This document shows, in pieces, positions 38,676-47,838 of a stretch of DNA of 64,000 bases. The position numbers and the translations under genes were made by a program. Position 1 is the stretch's first letter; the number at the start of each line of letters is the position of its first letter. The stretch comes from an uncultured Candidatus Saccharibacteria bacterium. GTDB taxonomy: Bacteria > Patescibacteriota > Minisyncoccia > Phycocordibacterales > UBA9973. The notes below the pieces were generated by a model, which was given only the letters and a program-made list of their open reading frames with translations, did not search any database and was not told the origin of the DNA. The DNA is taken from the NCBI GenBank assembly GCA_964639185.1, contig CAZXCN010000001.1, positions 38,626-102,625 of the forward strand. The letters run 5' to 3'.

Positions 38676-40505
38676 ATGAGTATTTTTTCATCAATTTTTG
38701 GTTCAAATAAAGCAACACCACAAGGCAAAATGGTGCTACCTGTGTTACCAAATGAAATATACCAAGCAGCCACATTGGAGCTTCAGGATATAATAGCCCC
38801 TTCAGCATTACAAATCAGCCCAAAATCACTAAATCTCGGAGACAAGATATCCCGCACATTTTTTGTTATATCATACCCACGCTACCTTACCGACAATTGG
38901 TTTTCACCAATTATCAATTTAGATAAAATATTTGATGTTTCTATATTTATTCACCCTATCAATACGGGGGAAATACTACGTTCTTTCCAAAAGAAGGTGG
39001 CTGAAGTGCAAAGTCAGATATCGATACGTGAATCCAAGGGGCTCGTGCGTGACCCAATGCTAGATACTGCATATGGCGACCTCGAGGAACTTCGCAATAA
39101 CTTGATGCAAGCTCAGGAAAAGATGTTCGATGTAGGTTTATATATCACTATATATGCCGACAACGAAAACGAATTATATAAATCCGAAAATGAAATCAAG
39201 TCATTATTGGAATCTAAATTAATATATTTAAAACCTGCATTATTCCAACAAGAAGAAGCTTTCAAAAGCTCTATCCCTACTGGTACTGACCTTTTGGAAA
39301 TAGGGCAGAAGTTGAATACCGAACCACTTTCTAGTGTATTTCCATTTGTATCCTTTGACCTTACTTCAGACAAAGGCATACTATATGGGGTAAATAGGCA
39401 TAATTCCAGCCTTATCATATTTGACCGTTTCTCACTGCCAAACTATAACTCTATTACATTTGCCACATCTGGTGCTGGTAAATCATACGCTACCAAACTA
39501 GAGATCATTCGCACTCTTATGTTTGATACCGAAGTAATTGTCATAGATCCTGAACGTGAATACGAATTCCTGTCTGAAGCAATGGGGGGTAGGTATTTCA
39601 ATATTGCACTTTCATCTGAGCACCACATCAATCCATTTGACCTGCCTATCCCAAGCGAAGACGAAACAGGTGGTGATGTATTGCGATCAAACACCATCAA
39701 CCTTGTTGGATTATTTCGTATCATGCTCGGTGGCCTAACCCCAGAAGAGGATTCCATAATCGATCGTGCTATTACAGAAACATATGCGCTTAAAGACATT
39801 ACCGCGGAAAGTGATTTTCGAAATATTGAACCTCCTTTACTTTCCGATTTTGAAATGGTTCTAGCTGGCATGGAAGGTAGTGATTCAATCATACAACGCC
39901 TTACAAAATACACTCGTGGAAGTTGGGCTTCGTTCCTAAATCAACCTTCAAATGTGGATATAAATAGAAAATTTGTTGTCTTTTCTGTACGTGATATGGA
40001 AGATGAGCTCAAACCAGTAGCTATGTATATAGTTACACATTATATATGGAACGCTATTCGTAAAAATATAAAGAAGCGACTATTGGTGGTAGATGAAGCT
40101 TGGTGGATGATGAAATCCGAGGACACAGCTTCGTTCCTATATTCTATTGCAAAACGTGGGCGTAAATATTACTTAGGGCTTGCTACTATAACCCAAGATG
40201 TGGGAGACTTTATGAAGAGCCCTTATGGTATACCTATTGTTACCAACTCTTCACTTCAACTTCTACTAAAGCAATCACCATCAACAGTAGACCTGCTTCA
40301 AAAAACTTTCAACCTTACCGACGAGGAAAAATACCTTCTTTTAGAAGCAAATGTAGGGGAGGGTATATTCTTTGCAGGACTCAAACACGTAGCTGTTAAA
40401 ACTATTGCTTCTTATACCGAGGACCAGATCATAACATCGGACCCATCACAAATATTGGCTATAAAAAAAGCAAAAGACGAATTAATGAATAATAATACGC
40501 AATAG
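38676..40505 (+). CDS. VirB4/TrbE/CagE-family type IV secretion ATPase (main body)
   Basis: Walker A ATSGAGKS, Walker B LLVVDEAWWM, and the conserved LATITQDV region. 609 aa. Confidence 0.85.
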   Translation: MSIFSSIFGSNKATPQGKMVLPVLPNEIYQAATLELQDIIAPSALQISPKSLNLGDKISRTFFVISYPRYLTDNWFSPIINLDKIFDVSIFIHPINTGEILRSFQKKVAEVQSQISIRESKGLVRDPMLDTAYGDLEELRNNLMQAQEKMFDVGLYITIYADNENELYKSENEIKSLLESKLIYLKPALFQQEEAFKSSIPTGTDLLEIGQKLNTEPLSSVFPFVSFDLTSDKGILYGVNRHNSSLIIFDRFSLPNYNSITFATSGAGKSYATKLEIIRTLMFDTEVIVIDPEREYEFLSEAMGGRYFNIALSSEHHINPFDLPIPSEDETGGDVLRSNTINLVGLFRIMLGGLTPEEDSIIDRAITETYALKDITAESDFRNIEPPLLSDFEMVLAGMEGSDSIIQRLTKYTRGSWASFLNQPSNVDINRKFVVFSVRDMEDELKPVAMYIVTHYIWNAIRKNIKKRLLVVDEAWWMMKSEDTASFLYSIAKRGRKYYLGLATITQDVGDFMKSPYGIPIVTNSSLQLLLKQSPSTVDLLQKTFNLTDEEKYLLLEANVGEGIFFAGLKHVAVKTIASYTEDQIITSDPSQILAIKKAKDELMNNNTQ

Positions 40506-40589
40506 ATATAGGGTGATACTAACAAATCGATTTGTGCTTTTAATTCTTTTCTACTTTCTACTTTTTACTTATTTTAGTATAATATAATA

Positions 40590-41579
40590 GTGAAAAAATG
40601 GTTTATACAAATAACCCTATTAATACTTTTAGTTATTAGTGTATCACCTCTGTATATCAATGCTGAGAGTCTTCAGGTTACATCTGCTGATATAAATATT
40701 GAAACAATACCAGAAAACCCAGCTCCGTATTCTGATGTAACTATCAATATTACGAGCTACGCTACTGACTTGAATAAAGCACTAATAACATGGAAAAGTG
40801 GCAATGATACACTACTTTCTGGAATAGGGCGCACAAAATATGTATTTAAAACTGGGGCTCCTAATATAAATACCGCATTTCAAATTTCTATTACCCCTGC
40901 TGGAACATTTGGGTCTGTTGATAAAAGCTTTATCATACAACCATCTGAAGTAGAGATGCTATGGCAAGCTATCGATTCATATACACCACCTTTCTACAAA
41001 GGTAGAAGTTTCCCATCAACCGAAGGGTATATTCGAGTAGTAGCTATGCCAAACACTGCTGGTGTAGCAAATATAAACAACAAGAACATGGCTTACTATT
41101 GGAAGATAAATTACAATAGTGACCAAGATGCATCGGGGTATGGCAAGGATTCATTTACTTATAAAAATAGCTACCTTAATGATATTGACCATGTTGGGGT
41201 TGCTGTATCCACCACAAATGGATCATACACTGGTACTGGTACAGTAGATATACCGATGTCTAAACCTGAAATAATTTTCTACAAAAAGTCACCTACTGAA
41301 GGGATCAATTATAACGAAGCTATATCTAATACAGTAGATATGACCGAAGATGAGATGACCCTAGTAGCAGAACCTTATTTTCTAAATAATATAATTAACA
41401 CAAATGATTTAGTATATAAATGGCAAATAAACAACAAAGATATCAATACCCCTAGAAACCCTTATGAATTAACAATCCGCCCAGAATCACGTGGGGGATA
41501 TGCTAATATAAATATATCAATAAACAGTATTAGTAAACTTTTCCAGTCGGTTAGTAAATCTATTAAAATAAATTTGTAA
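40590..41579 (+). CDS. Secreted protein with three internal beta-rich modules, unknown family
   Basis: Signal peptide (ITLLILLVISVSPLYINA-ES). Recurrent W[KQ]...N pattern. No family assignment. Confidence 0.45.
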   Translation: MKKWFIQITLLILLVISVSPLYINAESLQVTSADINIETIPENPAPYSDVTINITSYATDLNKALITWKSGNDTLLSGIGRTKYVFKTGAPNINTAFQISITPAGTFGSVDKSFIIQPSEVEMLWQAIDSYTPPFYKGRSFPSTEGYIRVVAMPNTAGVANINNKNMAYYWKINYNSDQDASGYGKDSFTYKNSYLNDIDHVGVAVSTTNGSYTGTGTVDIPMSKPEIIFYKKSPTEGINYNEAISNTVDMTEDEMTLVAEPYFLNNIINTNDLVYKWQINNKDINTPRNPYELTIRPESRGGYANINISINSISKLFQSVSKSIKINL

Positions 41580-41580
41580 T

Positions 41581-43035
41581 ATGAAAAAGGTAACCATATT
41601 AGTATTATCAATATTAACAATGCTTGGTGGAGTATTTATTTCAATGTACCCACAAAAGGCTAGTGCAGCAGCATGTTCTGTATCATCAGCAACTTTTAGC
41701 CCTAGTGGTGATCAAGCAGACAAATGGTATGCCCCTGGTAAAAACAAAGTGTCCATAGAAATAATCACTGAAAATTGCATTGGGCAAACACTTACCGTAA
41801 ATGTAACAGAAGCGGACAGTTGCCCTCTTGTTGATTGCGATGATTATTTACCAGATTCAGGACTTGAAAATTTAAAAATAAAAATTGAACAAATTATTAC
41901 AAATATAGATATAACTGCAGGTGAGGAATCTTGTGAAGCAGGACTGGGGTTTGATTGTGATTTATATCTTCGAGTTAAAAGTGGTGGTTATTCATTGTAT
42001 TCATCTTGGGAAAAGAGTCAGGGTAATTTAAGATATGAATGTAGTGGTGTGTGTTTAGACAATGCAAAATTAGGAAATATTGCATTTAGTGAGGGAACTG
42101 GTCCTGTTAATGAAAATGGTGATCCTGTATCTGTTACACCTACAGGCAACCGAGTATTTGATGAGGATTATAAATTACTAGCACCATTACCTGGGATATC
42201 TAAAATAGACAGTACAACAACTACATTGGGAGATTATCTGAATATAATTTTCAAATTAGCTATTGGTATTTGTGGGGCACTGGCTGTAATTATGATTGTA
42301 ATATACGGAGTACAGTACATGGGGGATGGGTCAGTATTTGGTCATACTGAGGCAAAGAGCAAGATATCAGCTGCTATAATGGGTCTATTACTAGCACTCG
42401 GTGCATATGCAATATTGAATACAATTAATCCCGATCTGGTAGGGGAAAGTGGTATAAACATAAAGCAAGTACAGATAAGTATCTCTCCAGACGATACATC
42501 AACAGGATCATCTACAAATCTTTGTATTTCATCAACAAATCCGCCAAATCCAGATGATGCGAAAGGGACAACAGTAACTTTAAACAAAACCATGCTGGAT
42601 AAATACATACCTGAAATAAACAAAATTACTTCATTAAAAACTGGTCAAAAATTACTAATGACAGCACAAACATTTACTGAAGGTTTTAACGAAACTCCAT
42701 CACCAGGTACTAAATCTTACAGAACAAATAATCCTGGTAATATAGGGAACACAGATGATGGTAAAACTAAATCTTTTCCAACACTTAAAGAAGGCATAAT
42801 AGCACAATCAACCGAAGTGATAAGTGGGAAAGGAAGTTACCAGATCAATGGATCATCCACCTGTGCTCTTGGCAAAGAATTATATGATGGGTCTTTGTAT
42901 CAGTATTTAAGAATATATTCTACTGGAGCAAGACAAAATAATAATTATGTTAATTCTATTATTGGTTATTTTAAAGCAAACGGTAAAACAATTACAGCAA
43001 GAACAAAGATGTCTGAAATATATAACATGAATTAA
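41581..43035 (+). CDS. Secreted Cys-rich protein with an internal VirB2/TrbC-pilin-like two-helix hydrophobic hairpin and a C-terminal globular domain
   Basis: Signal peptide. Cys-rich N-domain. Segment FKLAIGICGALAVIMIVIYGVQYMGDGSVFGHTEAKSKISAAIMGLLLALGAYAILNTI resembles TrbC/VirB2 pilin helices. C-terminal ~200 aa of unknown function. Confidence 0.4.
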   Translation: MKKVTILVLSILTMLGGVFISMYPQKASAAACSVSSATFSPSGDQADKWYAPGKNKVSIEIITENCIGQTLTVNVTEADSCPLVDCDDYLPDSGLENLKIKIEQIITNIDITAGEESCEAGLGFDCDLYLRVKSGGYSLYSSWEKSQGNLRYECSGVCLDNAKLGNIAFSEGTGPVNENGDPVSVTPTGNRVFDEDYKLLAPLPGISKIDSTTTTLGDYLNIIFKLAIGICGALAVIMIVIYGVQYMGDGSVFGHTEAKSKISAAIMGLLLALGAYAILNTINPDLVGESGINIKQVQISISPDDTSTGSSTNLCISSTNPPNPDDAKGTTVTLNKTMLDKYIPEINKITSLKTGQKLLMTAQTFTEGFNETPSPGTKSYRTNNPGNIGNTDDGKTKSFPTLKEGIIAQSTEVISGKGSYQINGSSTCALGKELYDGSLYQYLRIYSTGARQNNNYVNSIIGYFKANGKTITARTKMSEIYNMN

Positions 43036-43040
43036 TTAAC

Positions 43041-44363
43041 ATGAGAAAGACAATAATCATTATTATACTTATACTAATCACCGCTGGTGGGACATTTTGG
43101 TATATACAAAATAAACAAAATACTACTGCAACCAGTAACACTAATACAGACACTGGATTCTTTAAATCATTCTTTTCATTTACACAAAAAAAATCAGACA
43201 CAACAACTGGTACTGGCTCGGACACAACAGACACAACAACTGGTACAGACACCAATGGCGATGGGGTAGTAGATACTTCAGTACAAAATACTCCTAAATT
43301 AAAACAGGTCACAAATTTTGCGATATCAGGTTTTACAACATTTATCGACAAAAGAAAGCTTCCAGAAAGTGCAGTACCTTTTTCTGAAACACCAATATTA
43401 ACAAACACAAAGGAAAAGCAAGTAACCCCGATAATACCTAAAATAGAGGAGGAGTCAGTGTCAGCATTACGCTATGTTGCACGATCAAATGGACATATTT
43501 ATAGTCAGTATTTAGACACAGAAGCAAGTGCTAAAACATCTAACTCAACAATTCCAAGTATTTACGAAACATATTTAGGCAACAATGGTAGTGCTGTAAT
43601 ATACAGATACCTAAGCAATAACAACAAAACAATACAAACATTTCTAACACATACAAATCAAACAAAAGGGGATTTTCTTCAAGAAGATATAACAAGTGTA
43701 TCAATATCACCAGATAGTGTTGGTTTATTCTACCTTGCACCACTCGGTAGTGATATAGCTGGTTATTACATGAACCTTCAGGATAATAATAAAGTACAAA
43801 TATTCACATCTGCATTTACTGAGTGGTTACCACAATGGGCAGGGACTTCTACTATATTCCTGACAACAAAGCCATCATGGGACACCAGAGGTTCATTGTA
43901 CGCAACAAATATAGGTAAAAACAATTTCACAAAAGTATTTGGAGGGATAAAGGGTCTAACCACACTTGCTTCTAATAATGCTACAAATATAATATACAGC
44001 GCAACAACAAATATTGGCCCAGAATTAGGTGTATACAATATAGAAAAGAAAGAATTCACAAAGCTTCCAGTACGAACAATGGCAGATAAATGCGTATGGA
44101 GCAGGGATGGGGTGAGGGTTTATTGTGCAAAGCCAAACAACATTGAAGGCAATAAGTATCCAGATAACTGGTATAAAGGCATAACTTCATTCAATGACAG
44201 TATTGTAGTTATAGATATTACAAACAAATCTTACCTAACTATCATAAATACTGAAGATGTTTCAGCAATAGATGCAATAAATCTAACACTATCAAAAGAT
44301 GAAAAGGTTTTATTATTTATGAATAAAAAAGATTCAACATTGTGGAGATTGGATTTAGAATAA
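43041..44363 (+). CDS. Membrane-anchored protein with T-rich linker and beta-propeller-like (TolB/PD40-like) C-terminal region, unknown function
   Basis: N-terminal TM (IIIIILILITAGGTFWYI), T/G/D-rich linker, repeated [YF]..[ST].DG-type blades. Assignment is weak. Confidence 0.4.
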   Translation: MRKTIIIIILILITAGGTFWYIQNKQNTTATSNTNTDTGFFKSFFSFTQKKSDTTTGTGSDTTDTTTGTDTNGDGVVDTSVQNTPKLKQVTNFAISGFTTFIDKRKLPESAVPFSETPILTNTKEKQVTPIIPKIEEESVSALRYVARSNGHIYSQYLDTEASAKTSNSTIPSIYETYLGNNGSAVIYRYLSNNNKTIQTFLTHTNQTKGDFLQEDITSVSISPDSVGLFYLAPLGSDIAGYYMNLQDNNKVQIFTSAFTEWLPQWAGTSTIFLTTKPSWDTRGSLYATNIGKNNFTKVFGGIKGLTTLASNNATNIIYSATTNIGPELGVYNIEKKEFTKLPVRTMADKCVWSRDGVRVYCAKPNNIEGNKYPDNWYKGITSFNDSIVVIDITNKSYLTIINTEDVSAIDAINLTLSKDEKVLLFMNKKDSTLWRLDLE

Positions 44364-44374
44364 CCTCTCCCTAG

Positions 44375-44438
44375 CCCTCTCCTTTGTAATGAGAGGGGAT
44401 AACCAAAAGAAAAAGAGGAGATTATATCTCCTCTTTTT
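44375..44438. terminator. Two adjacent terminator hairpins between convergent genes (CCCTCTCC..GGAGAGGG and AAAAAGAGGAGAT..ATCTCCTCTTTTT)
   Basis: Perfect inverted repeats with A/T runs, one serving each strand. Confidence 0.7.
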
Positions 44439-44889
44439 CTTTGTATTTAATTACTACTCTACGTCCTGGACCAACTCCAGATGATTCAGTAGTGATGTCT
44501 GGGATATTCTCTAGAAACATGTGCACAATACGACGTTCATATGCAGGCATAGGGTCAAGCTCGACACTATTCTTGAAATATCGTGCGCGCTCAGCCAACA
44601 TGTGTGCAGTAGTTTTCAAGCTATCAAACCTCTTCTTATTATAACCATTGATATCGATCATAAGCATGCCGGCCTCGGCCTCACTTATATCCTTCTCGAT
44701 CATTTTACGAACAATATGATTTAAAGATTTAAGTGTATCACCCTCACGGCCTATCATGAATCGTGAATCGGGTGTTGATACAGAGCACCACAACATTGAG
44801 CCTTCTTCGGTAAATTCACATGCATCCAATTTGCACGCTGTGTGTTTAAATATATCTTCTATTATTTTTTTTATATTATCTTTGTCCAT
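44422..44889 (-). CDS. Jag/KhpB-like R3H-domain RNA-binding protein
   Basis: KH-like plus R3H motif (ERRIVHMFLEN...SSGVGPGRRVVI). Downstream of yidC as in the canonical oriC-region operon. Confidence 0.8.
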   Translation of the reverse strand: MDKDNIKKIIEDIFKHTACKLDACEFTEEGSMLWCSVSTPDSRFMIGREGDTLKSLNHIVRKMIEKDISEAEAGMLMIDINGYNKKRFDSLKTTAHMLAERARYFKNSVELDPMPAYERRIVHMFLENIPDITTESSGVGPGRRVVIKYKEKEEI

Positions 44890-44902
44890 ATTTATAATAT
44901 AT

Positions 44903-45664
44903 TTATTTTACTTCAATCGCTTTTACTTCTATTATGCCATCTTCTTTCTTTAAATTATTCTTTACGTACCATTCCTGAATAATTGTAAACACGTTACTTG
45001 TAACCCAATAAAGTGCTACTGCTGCAGATATTTTGTAAGAAATAAATACTATGAATATTGGTAATATAAAGCGAACATTTACAGACATACTGTCAGACAT
45101 TTGCTCTTGGAAAGTTTTTGGTTTATCAGAATCAGCTGGGTCTTTCTTTGGCTTTTTTGCAAACATCATCTGCCCTTGGATAAATTGTGATATACCAGCA
45201 AGCAAAGCAAGAACTATTGATTTACCATGAACATCAATAACACCTAGGAACATTGTGTGTAAATTCACTGGCATTGTTACAAATGAATATAATGGGTCAG
45301 TCCCTTGTGCCAAACCCTTATAAAATGCGTAATACAAAGCAAATATAACAGGCAACTGTACTAACAGAACCAAACACCCAGAAAAAGGATTTACTTTGTA
45401 TTGTTTATATAACTCAAAAGTCTTCTTTGATTGCTCTTCTTTATTTGGATAATCCTCCTTTATCTTCTTTAGAAGGGGTTCTATTTGCTTCATTTTGAAT
45501 TGACTGCGAATAGACTTCTTTGAAAGAGGGAATAGTATCAGTTTTACTAAAATTGTAAGTATTATGATAGCAAAACCAACATCCCCAAAGGTGACATGGT
45601 TTATAATAAAGATAAGAGCGTTATAAATAGGTTGATAAAAAAGATTAGTCCAAATAGTTTGCAT
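44903..45664 (-). CDS. yidC: Membrane protein insertase YidC/Oxa1 family (short form)
   Basis: Five-TM core with conserved hydrophilic groove residues. Position in the rpmH-rnpA-yidD-yidC-jag cluster. Confidence 0.9.
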   Translation of the reverse strand: MQTIWTNLFYQPIYNALIFIINHVTFGDVGFAIIILTILVKLILFPLSKKSIRSQFKMKQIEPLLKKIKEDYPNKEEQSKKTFELYKQYKVNPFSGCLVLLVQLPVIFALYYAFYKGLAQGTDPLYSFVTMPVNLHTMFLGVIDVHGKSIVLALLAGISQFIQGQMMFAKKPKKDPADSDKPKTFQEQMSDSMSVNVRFILPIFIVFISYKISAAVALYWVTSNVFTIIQEWYVKNNLKKEDGIIEVKAIEVK

Positions 45665-45707
45665 TAAACTATTGTAACTTAATAAGCTCTAAAATCAAAA
45701 TATTTGT

Positions 45708-45914
45708 TTATTTTAAAGGGTCTAAGCGGTTTTTCTGCCATGGATGGCAACGTAATATCCTATACACACCTTTATACACACCTTTTAGAGATCCATACTT
45801 TTCAATAGCTTGTTTAGTATACTCAGAGCAAGTTGGGACAAAAACACAAGCATAATGCGCCCTTGTTGGGGTCTTTTGATATGTATTTATAAGCCAAATT
45901 AGTAGTTTTTTCAA
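45708..45914 (-). CDS. yidD: Membrane protein insertion efficiency factor YidD
   Basis: 68 aa with the C.F.PTCSEY...RC.PW motif. Confidence 0.85.
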   Translation of the reverse strand: MKKLLIWLINTYQKTPTRAHYACVFVPTCSEYTKQAIEKYGSLKGVYKGVYRILRCHPWQKNRLDPLK

Positions 45915-45915
45915 T

Positions 45916-46245
45916 TTAAGCCTTTATTTTAAGGAATAATTCAGATAAATCGCCTTTAATTTGCTCAAAAGAAGCCTCTTTGGCTTGTTTCTTGTAAAAA
46001 ACTATGTAAACAAAGCCTTTTTTGAGATTCACACAAGAAATAGCCCTATAACCCTGTCTTCGAAGGGAATTACGCTTTGAGGCAAGCTTGGCTACTGCTT
46101 TTGGTGCAACAAAGGCTAATTTATATACATCTTTATCCGAAAAAGCCTTATATTTCAACATAAAAAAAGGGCTATGCAAAACATTGCCTTCTTTTATGAC
46201 AGAATCGAATAACCCTTTTGTTACTCGTCTATTCTTTGAGATCAT
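45916..46245 (-). CDS. rnpA: Ribonuclease P protein component
   Basis: 109 aa, basic. Immediately downstream of rpmH (1-nt spacing), conserved synteny. Confidence 0.8.
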   Translation of the reverse strand: MISKNRRVTKGLFDSVIKEGNVLHSPFFMLKYKAFSDKDVYKLAFVAPKAVAKLASKRNSLRRQGYRAISCVNLKKGFVYIVFYKKQAKEASFEQIKGDLSELFLKIKA

Positions 46246-46247
46246 AC

Positions 46248-46388
46248 TTATTTTGATACTGAGAGTTTTGCGCGACCCTTTTGGCGTCGGCGAGCAAGCA
46301 CCTTCTTACCACCAACTGTTTTTGTACGAGTTAGGAAGCCGTGAGTTTTTGCTCTTTTTCTTTTATTAGGTTGGTATGTTTGAGACAT
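46248..46388 (-). CDS. rpmH: 50S ribosomal protein L34
   Basis: [46 protein letters not shown], 46 aa, a near-textbook L34 sequence. The longer ORF-track version has a spurious upstream extension. Confidence 0.9.
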   Translation of the reverse strand: MSQTYQPNKRKRAKTHGFLTRTKTVGGKKVLARRRQKGRAKLSVSK

Positions 46389-46497
46389 ATAGGAAATATA
46401 TACTATAATGTACATTATTGCAAATCCACATGTTATCAACATGTTAATTAAGAGTTGCAAGTATTACTTATTAACAAAGACGGGTATAATACAAATT

Positions 46498-47838
46498 ATG
46501 AATAACACAAAGGAATTATGGAATACATGCCTAATAGATATCGAATCAAATATCTCACGTGCCAACTTTACAACATGGTTCAAGAACACATCTATCATAA
46601 AAGAGGATAGTGGTACGTTACACATAGGTGTTCCAAATGAATTCGTAAAGGATTGGTTATACAACAAATTCCACAAACTGATCCTAAAAACTCTAATGTC
46701 ACACAAGGATGATATTCGTAGCATTGAATACGTGATAGTTAAACATGACTCTAGTAAAATAGCACCACCTCCAGTCTCTACCCAAAACAAAGAATTACCT
46801 TTAGGTGATTTATATATAAACAAAGAAGATAATCTAAATCCTAAATACACATTCAACTCATTTATTGTTGGACCTTTCAACGAGCTTGCTTATGCCGTAT
46901 CACAAGCAATAATAAACAATCCTGGCAATAGTTATAATCCTTTCTTTATTTATGGTGGTACTGGGTTGGGTAAAACTCATATGATCCAATCAATAGGGAA
47001 TACCATAAAAGCAAAATTTCCAAACAAAAAGATATTCTATGTAAGCTTGGAAAGGTTTTCAATCGATTATGTAAATTCATTACAAAACAAAACACCAAAT
47101 GCTTTCAAGGAGAAGTATAGAAAATACGATGTGATAATAATGGATGATATTCAATTCATATCTGGTAAAGAAAAAACTCAGGAAGAATTATTCCACTTAT
47201 TCAACACACTTCACGAGAGTAACCGACAGATAATATTCTCATCTGATAAACACCCGAACTTTATCCAAGGTCTAGAGGAGAGGTTACAATCAAGATTTGC
47301 TTCAGGTATGACTGTTCAAATAACTGAACCTGACTATGAATCTCGTATAGCTATAATACAAGCTAAATTACAGAACAATAATTGTATCGTGGATGAAGAT
47401 GTGGTTTCATATCTTGCAGCTTCTCTTGAGGGTAATATACGCGAATTAGAGGGTAGTTTGAACGCTATTATATGCCAATCTCAATTAAAAAATAAGAGTA
47501 TTAGTCTAATAGAAGCAAAACAATTAATAAAAAACAACATTAAACCAAAAAAGAGTGTTGCAATAAAAGATGTTGTAAAAACAATAGCTGATTATTATGG
47601 AATAGAAGAAGAAACAATATACGATAAAACAAGAAGGAAGGAGATAGTTCGAGCTCGCCAAGTAACTATGTATATCTTGAGAGAAGATTTCAATATATCT
47701 TACCCACTTATTGGTCAGAAAATGGGTGGCAAAGATCACACAACAGTAATACACTCTCATTTAAAAATAAAGAAGGATATAACAACCGACCCAGCATTAG
47801 TACAAGAATTAGAAAAGATAAGAATATTGTTTAAATAG
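46498..47838 (+). CDS. dnaA: Chromosomal replication initiator protein DnaA
   Basis: Start taken at MNNTKELW. AAA+ Walker A GGTGLGKTHM, Walker B IMDDIQF, and C-terminal DNA-binding helix-turn-helix. Confidence 0.95.
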   Translation: MNNTKELWNTCLIDIESNISRANFTTWFKNTSIIKEDSGTLHIGVPNEFVKDWLYNKFHKLILKTLMSHKDDIRSIEYVIVKHDSSKIAPPPVSTQNKELPLGDLYINKEDNLNPKYTFNSFIVGPFNELAYAVSQAIINNPGNSYNPFFIYGGTGLGKTHMIQSIGNTIKAKFPNKKIFYVSLERFSIDYVNSLQNKTPNAFKEKYRKYDVIIMDDIQFISGKEKTQEELFHLFNTLHESNRQIIFSSDKHPNFIQGLEERLQSRFASGMTVQITEPDYESRIAIIQAKLQNNNCIVDEDVVSYLAASLEGNIRELEGSLNAIICQSQLKNKSISLIEAKQLIKNNIKPKKSVAIKDVVKTIADYYGIEEETIYDKTRRKEIVRARQVTMYILREDFNISYPLIGQKMGGKDHTTVIHSHLKIKKDITTDPALVQELEKIRILFK

